Below, piece by piece: positions 29,132 to 32,000 of a stretch of 32,000 nucleotides of DNA. The notes beneath the pieces are model-generated. The model was not told where the DNA came from and did not search any database. It saw only the letters and a program-made list of their open reading frames with translations. This DNA is from Candidatus Arthromitus sp. SFB-rat-Yit (GTDB lineage: Bacteria; Bacillota; Clostridia; Clostridiales; Clostridiaceae), in the NCBI RefSeq assembly GCF_000283555.1, contig NC_016012.1:210001-242000 (forward strand), in the 5' to 3' direction. The position numbers were made by a program, and so were the translations under genes. Numbering within the stretch: position 1 is the first letter of the stretch; the number at the start of each line of letters is the position of its first letter.

Positions 29132-29257
29132 ATGAGTATAAAAGATATAAAAAATGATATTGAACAAGGCCTGCGTGAGATGAGTGCAAAAGAGAGATTA
29201 CAATTTTATGTTACAGTTGGCATAGGAATATTCTTTATATTGGCGGTTATATTTTAA
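29132..29257 (+). CDS. 41-aa small tail-anchored protein (not in ORF track)
   Basis: ATG after TTAAGGTGATTTATTG; MSIKDIKNDIEQGLREMSAKERLQFYVTVGIGIFFILAVIF*; amphipathic N-terminus and C-terminal TM. Confidence 0.6.
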   Translation: MSIKDIKNDIEQGLREMSAKERLQFYVTVGIGIFFILAVIF

Positions 29258-29287
29258 GGGCAATATTTATTGCCCTTAAATTTTTTA
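29253..29287 (+). terminator. Intrinsic terminator overlapping the stop of 29132..29257
   Basis: TTTAAGGGCAA (29253-29263), TATTTA, TTGCCCTTAAA (29270-29280), then TTTTTTT. Perfect 11-bp stem. Confidence 0.87.
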
Positions 29288-29395
29288 TAAAAATATTTAC
29301 TTCATTATAAATAGTTACTATGTTTTGAGGTAGGAAATAGGTTATTATATTTTGTGTGATGTTATTTCAAATTTTTATTAGGAGGAGTTTATTAT

Positions 29396-30643
29396 ATGGA
29401 AAATATTTATCTTTCAAGGAGAAAGAAGCTTTCATCTAATATGAGAAATGGTGATATGTGTATTATTTTTTCAGGGAAAGAAGTTAGAATAAGCAGAGAT
29501 GAGTATTATGATTTTAATGTAGATAAGAATTTTTATTATCTTACGGGTGTTAAAGATAAGGGTATTATATTATTTTTAAGGAAGATAAATGGGGATGTTA
29601 AATCTACGCTTTTTATAGAGGATAGAGCGGAGGATATGGTTAAATGGATCGGTAAAACAATATTAAAAGATGAGGCAATTTCTATAAGTGGTGTCGATGA
29701 AGTTTTATACATAGATGAGTTTTATTCGTTTTTAAATAATATAATTCTATCAGAAGAATCACCTACTGTGTATTTTGATTTTGATAGGGATGATCATAGA
29801 CATTCTTATATATATTCTGAGGAGTGCGCAAATAAATTAAGAGTGAAGTATCCACATGTAAATATAAAAAATATTTATTCTCACATTAAAAATTTGAGAG
29901 TTATAAAAGATGATTATGAAATATCAAAAATTAGAGAAGCTATTGATATAACAAAATTGGGTATTTTAAATATAATGAGGAATTTAAAGCCTAATATGTA
30001 TGAGTATCAAATAGAGTCTTATTTTGATTACATGATAAAGTATAGTGGAGCAAGTGGATATGCATTTAAATCTATTGTTGCATCTGGAGATAATGCTGTA
30101 ATACTCCATTACATAGAAAATAACAGTAAAATTAAAGATGGTGATTTAGTTTTATTTGATCTTGGAGCGGAGAAGGATTTTTATAGAGCGGATATATCTA
30201 GAACTTTTCCGTCAAATGGGAAATTTACAGATAGGCAAAAGGAAATATACTCTATAGTTTTAGAAGCTCAGCTTAGAGTTATTGATGCGATTTGTCCTGG
30301 AGTTTCTCAAAGTGATTTAAATGAAATTGCAAAAGAACATTTATATTTAGGGCTTAAAAGGATAGGAAAGATATCAAATAGAGATGAGTTATCTAATTAT
30401 TATTATCATGGGATAGGTCATTTGCTTGGTCTTGATACTCATGATGTTGGTGGAAGAGATTTTGTATATAAAGAAGGAATGGTTGTAACTGTTGAGCCAG
30501 GGCTTTATCTAAAAGATGAAGGTATAGGAATTAGAATAGAAGATGATATTTTGGTGACAAAAGATGGGCATGAGGTTTTATCAGAAGGTATAATTAAAAC
30601 TGTTGATGAGATTGAAAAATTTATGGGAGAAAATTGTAATTAA
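29396..30643 (+). CDS. M24 family Xaa-Pro aminopeptidase
   Basis: YKSIVASGDNAVILHYIENN, DGDLVLFDLGAEKDFYRADISRTFP, YYHGIGHLLGLDTHDVGG, GMVVTVEPGLYL, GIRIEDDILVT. Confidence 0.93.
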   Translation: MENIYLSRRKKLSSNMRNGDMCIIFSGKEVRISRDEYYDFNVDKNFYYLTGVKDKGIILFLRKINGDVKSTLFIEDRAEDMVKWIGKTILKDEAISISGVDEVLYIDEFYSFLNNIILSEESPTVYFDFDRDDHRHSYIYSEECANKLRVKYPHVNIKNIYSHIKNLRVIKDDYEISKIREAIDITKLGILNIMRNLKPNMYEYQIESYFDYMIKYSGASGYAFKSIVASGDNAVILHYIENNSKIKDGDLVLFDLGAEKDFYRADISRTFPSNGKFTDRQKEIYSIVLEAQLRVIDAICPGVSQSDLNEIAKEHLYLGLKRIGKISNRDELSNYYYHGIGHLLGLDTHDVGGRDFVYKEGMVVTVEPGLYLKDEGIGIRIEDDILVTKDGHEVLSEGIIKTVDEIEKFMGENCN

Positions 30644-30657
30644 CTAATGGAGGTAAG

Positions 30658-31452
30658 ATGGATAAGATAGCATTTCCTAATCTTGGATTGGAATTTATGG
30701 TAAATAAGATTGCTTTTTCTATTTTTGGTGTAGATATTGCTTGGTATGCTATTATAATTACAATTGGTATTATAGTGGCTATGATAATTTCATATAGAAA
30801 TGCAAAGAGTATTGGGTTAGATACTGAAAGATTTATGGATATGTTTTTTTATATGATAGTGTTTGGGGTAATAGGTGCGAGAATTTATTATGTGATATTT
30901 AATTTTAGTTTATATAAAGATAATCTTTTAAGTGTGTTTAATATAAGAGAAGGCGGAATTGCAATTTATGGTGCGGTATTATTCGGGGCACTTACGGTGT
31001 TTATTTATACTAAGATAAAGAAACAGAATTTTTTAGATTGTACAGATTGTATAGTTCCAGGGCTTGCAATTGCTCAAGGTATAGGAAGATGGGGTAATTT
31101 TATAAATCAAGAGGCATATGGTTATGAGACAAATTCACTCTTTGGTATGAGTATTAATGAAGGAAATAGAATTATAACAGTTCATCCGACTTTTTTGTAT
31201 GAGAGCGTACTTAATATATTTGTGTTTATTGTTCTTATTATATTTTTTAACAAGTATAGGAAAAATTCTGGAGAGGTAACGTGTATATACGGAGTGCTCT
31301 ATGGAATTGGAAGATTTTTTATAGAGGGAATGAGAACAGATAGTTTATATTTAGGAGCGTTTCGCGTATCGCAGATTGTATCGCTTGTATTTGTTGTAAT
31401 TGGTATAGGATTATTTATGTATTTAAGATCTAATAATAAGATTAAAGAATAG
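30658..31452 (+). CDS. lgt: Prolipoprotein diacylglyceryl transferase
   Basis: VFGVIGARIYYVIFN, IREGGIAIYGAVLFG, GLAIAQGIGRWGNFINQEAYG, HPTFLYES, GRFFIEGMRTDSLYLG; GGAGGTAAG ribosome binding site. Confidence 0.95.
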   Translation: MDKIAFPNLGLEFMVNKIAFSIFGVDIAWYAIIITIGIIVAMIISYRNAKSIGLDTERFMDMFFYMIVFGVIGARIYYVIFNFSLYKDNLLSVFNIREGGIAIYGAVLFGALTVFIYTKIKKQNFLDCTDCIVPGLAIAQGIGRWGNFINQEAYGYETNSLFGMSINEGNRIITVHPTFLYESVLNIFVFIVLIIFFNKYRKNSGEVTCIYGVLYGIGRFFIEGMRTDSLYLGAFRVSQIVSLVFVVIGIGLFMYLRSNNKIKE

Positions 31453-31482
31453 CTCGCGCGTGTGAGCTATTCTTATTTTTTT
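31446..31482. terminator. Bidirectional intrinsic terminator, overlapping the lgt stop codon
   Basis: AGAATAGCTC (31446-31455), GCGCGTGT, GAGCTATTCT (31464-31473), followed by TATTTTTTT. The TAG at 31450-31452 is in the ascending arm. Confidence 0.82.
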
Positions 31483-31485
31483 GAA

Positions 31486-31998
31486 TTATTTTACTTGAGT
31501 TATAGTTGTGTTTCCGTTTAAATTTTTAACTTGAAATTTTACAGTTGATGTTTTTTTGCCTGATGTTTTACTACCAGATGTTTTTTTTGATGAAGTAGCA
31601 AGTTGTTTTTCAAGTGTTTTCATTTGAGTTTGTGGGGCTGGATGCACTGTAACATCACTACCAGTAGTAGTAACTTTTTTTGCAGTATATACTCCATCTT
31701 GAACTTTATGTTCATTAGTGTGTTTATCAAATGCTTTGTTATCTACTTGTGTTTGGTTTTTAGGCATTCCTTGGAATGGTGTTCCGTTTGATGTAACTTT
31801 TCCAGAGTTTATTGCTCCTGTAGATCCAGTTAATCCTCTTGAAGTATTAGTTTTTGATCCATCTTTGTGAGTTTTCGTGTTGTTGGAAAATGCACTGTTA
31901 TTTACTAATGATACAGTTTTAGGTGTTCCAAGGTATGATGTTCCAGTTGATGTGGATCTTCCAGTTAAAATATTTCTAAGTCCCCCAAAAATTCTCAT
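31486..31998 (-). CDS. Basic, Ser/Thr/Lys/Asn-rich low-complexity protein, function unknown (may extend past window)
   Basis: Intact ORF whose 3' end abuts a shared terminator. Sequence rich in TSKKTSGSKTSGKKTSTVK. ATG at 31998 is 2 nt from the edge, so the true start is uncertain. Confidence 0.6.
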   Translation of the reverse strand: MRIFGGLRNILTGRSTSTGTSYLGTPKTVSLVNNSAFSNNTKTHKDGSKTNTSRGLTGSTGAINSGKVTSNGTPFQGMPKNQTQVDNKAFDKHTNEHKVQDGVYTAKKVTTTGSDVTVHPAPQTQMKTLEKQLATSSKKTSGSKTSGKKTSTVKFQVKNLNGNTTITQVK

Positions 31999-32000
31999 CA

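Noticed and set aside
31603-31791. 62-aa plus-strand Cys/Phe-rich ORF
   Set aside because: Antisense to the Ser/Thr/Lys-rich ORF. I could not fully exclude it because both are unusual, but the minus frame is longer and ends at a proper shared terminator.
1-32000. Searched for CRISPR arrays, toxin-antitoxin or phage-defence clusters, transposases, integrases and tRNA/rRNA genes
   Set aside because: No regularly spaced repeats, recombinase motifs or cloverleaf genes were recognisable by eye. A tRNAscan-SE/Infernal run would be needed to be definitive.

Overview
The window is a low-GC Firmicute/Clostridia-type chromosomal segment. Gene content and base composition suggest a segmented filamentous bacterium (Candidatus Arthromitus/Savagella-like) or a relative, but I could not verify this. 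It is compact: 22 complete CDSs from the supplied track that I accept, one aldehyde dehydrogenase truncated at the left edge, one CDS that may be truncated at the right edge, and two short ORFs missing from the track (16431..16589 and 29132..29257). Housekeeping genes include nagB, speE/speD, a TtcA-like tRNA thiolase, glnS, a type-2-like ileS, copA plus a copZ-like gene, spmA/spmB, an M24 peptidase and lgt. I see no CRISPR, rRNA, tRNA or obvious mobile element. The most interesting items are: (1) 15275..16354, an N-terminal half of an SF1 (UvrD/HelD-like) helicase joined to a LexA/S24-like domain whose Ser/Lys dyad appears replaced by Gly/Arg at the canonical 37-residue spacing; (2) 12897..15122, a degenerate GHL10 (DigH-like) domain fused to an intact Amidase_3 domain, with an apparently intact GHL10 paralogue at 1093..2904; (3) an SNase-like lipoprotein with two active-site substitutions between copA and a copZ-like gene; (4) a large secreted protein followed by two tandem single-TM mini-proteins; (5) a spmAB-linked set of small membrane/coiled-coil proteins; (6) repeated embedding of stop codons inside intrinsic terminator hairpins; (7) an in-frame amber codon directly before the TetR start, suggesting a 6-aa leader or a truncated N-terminus.
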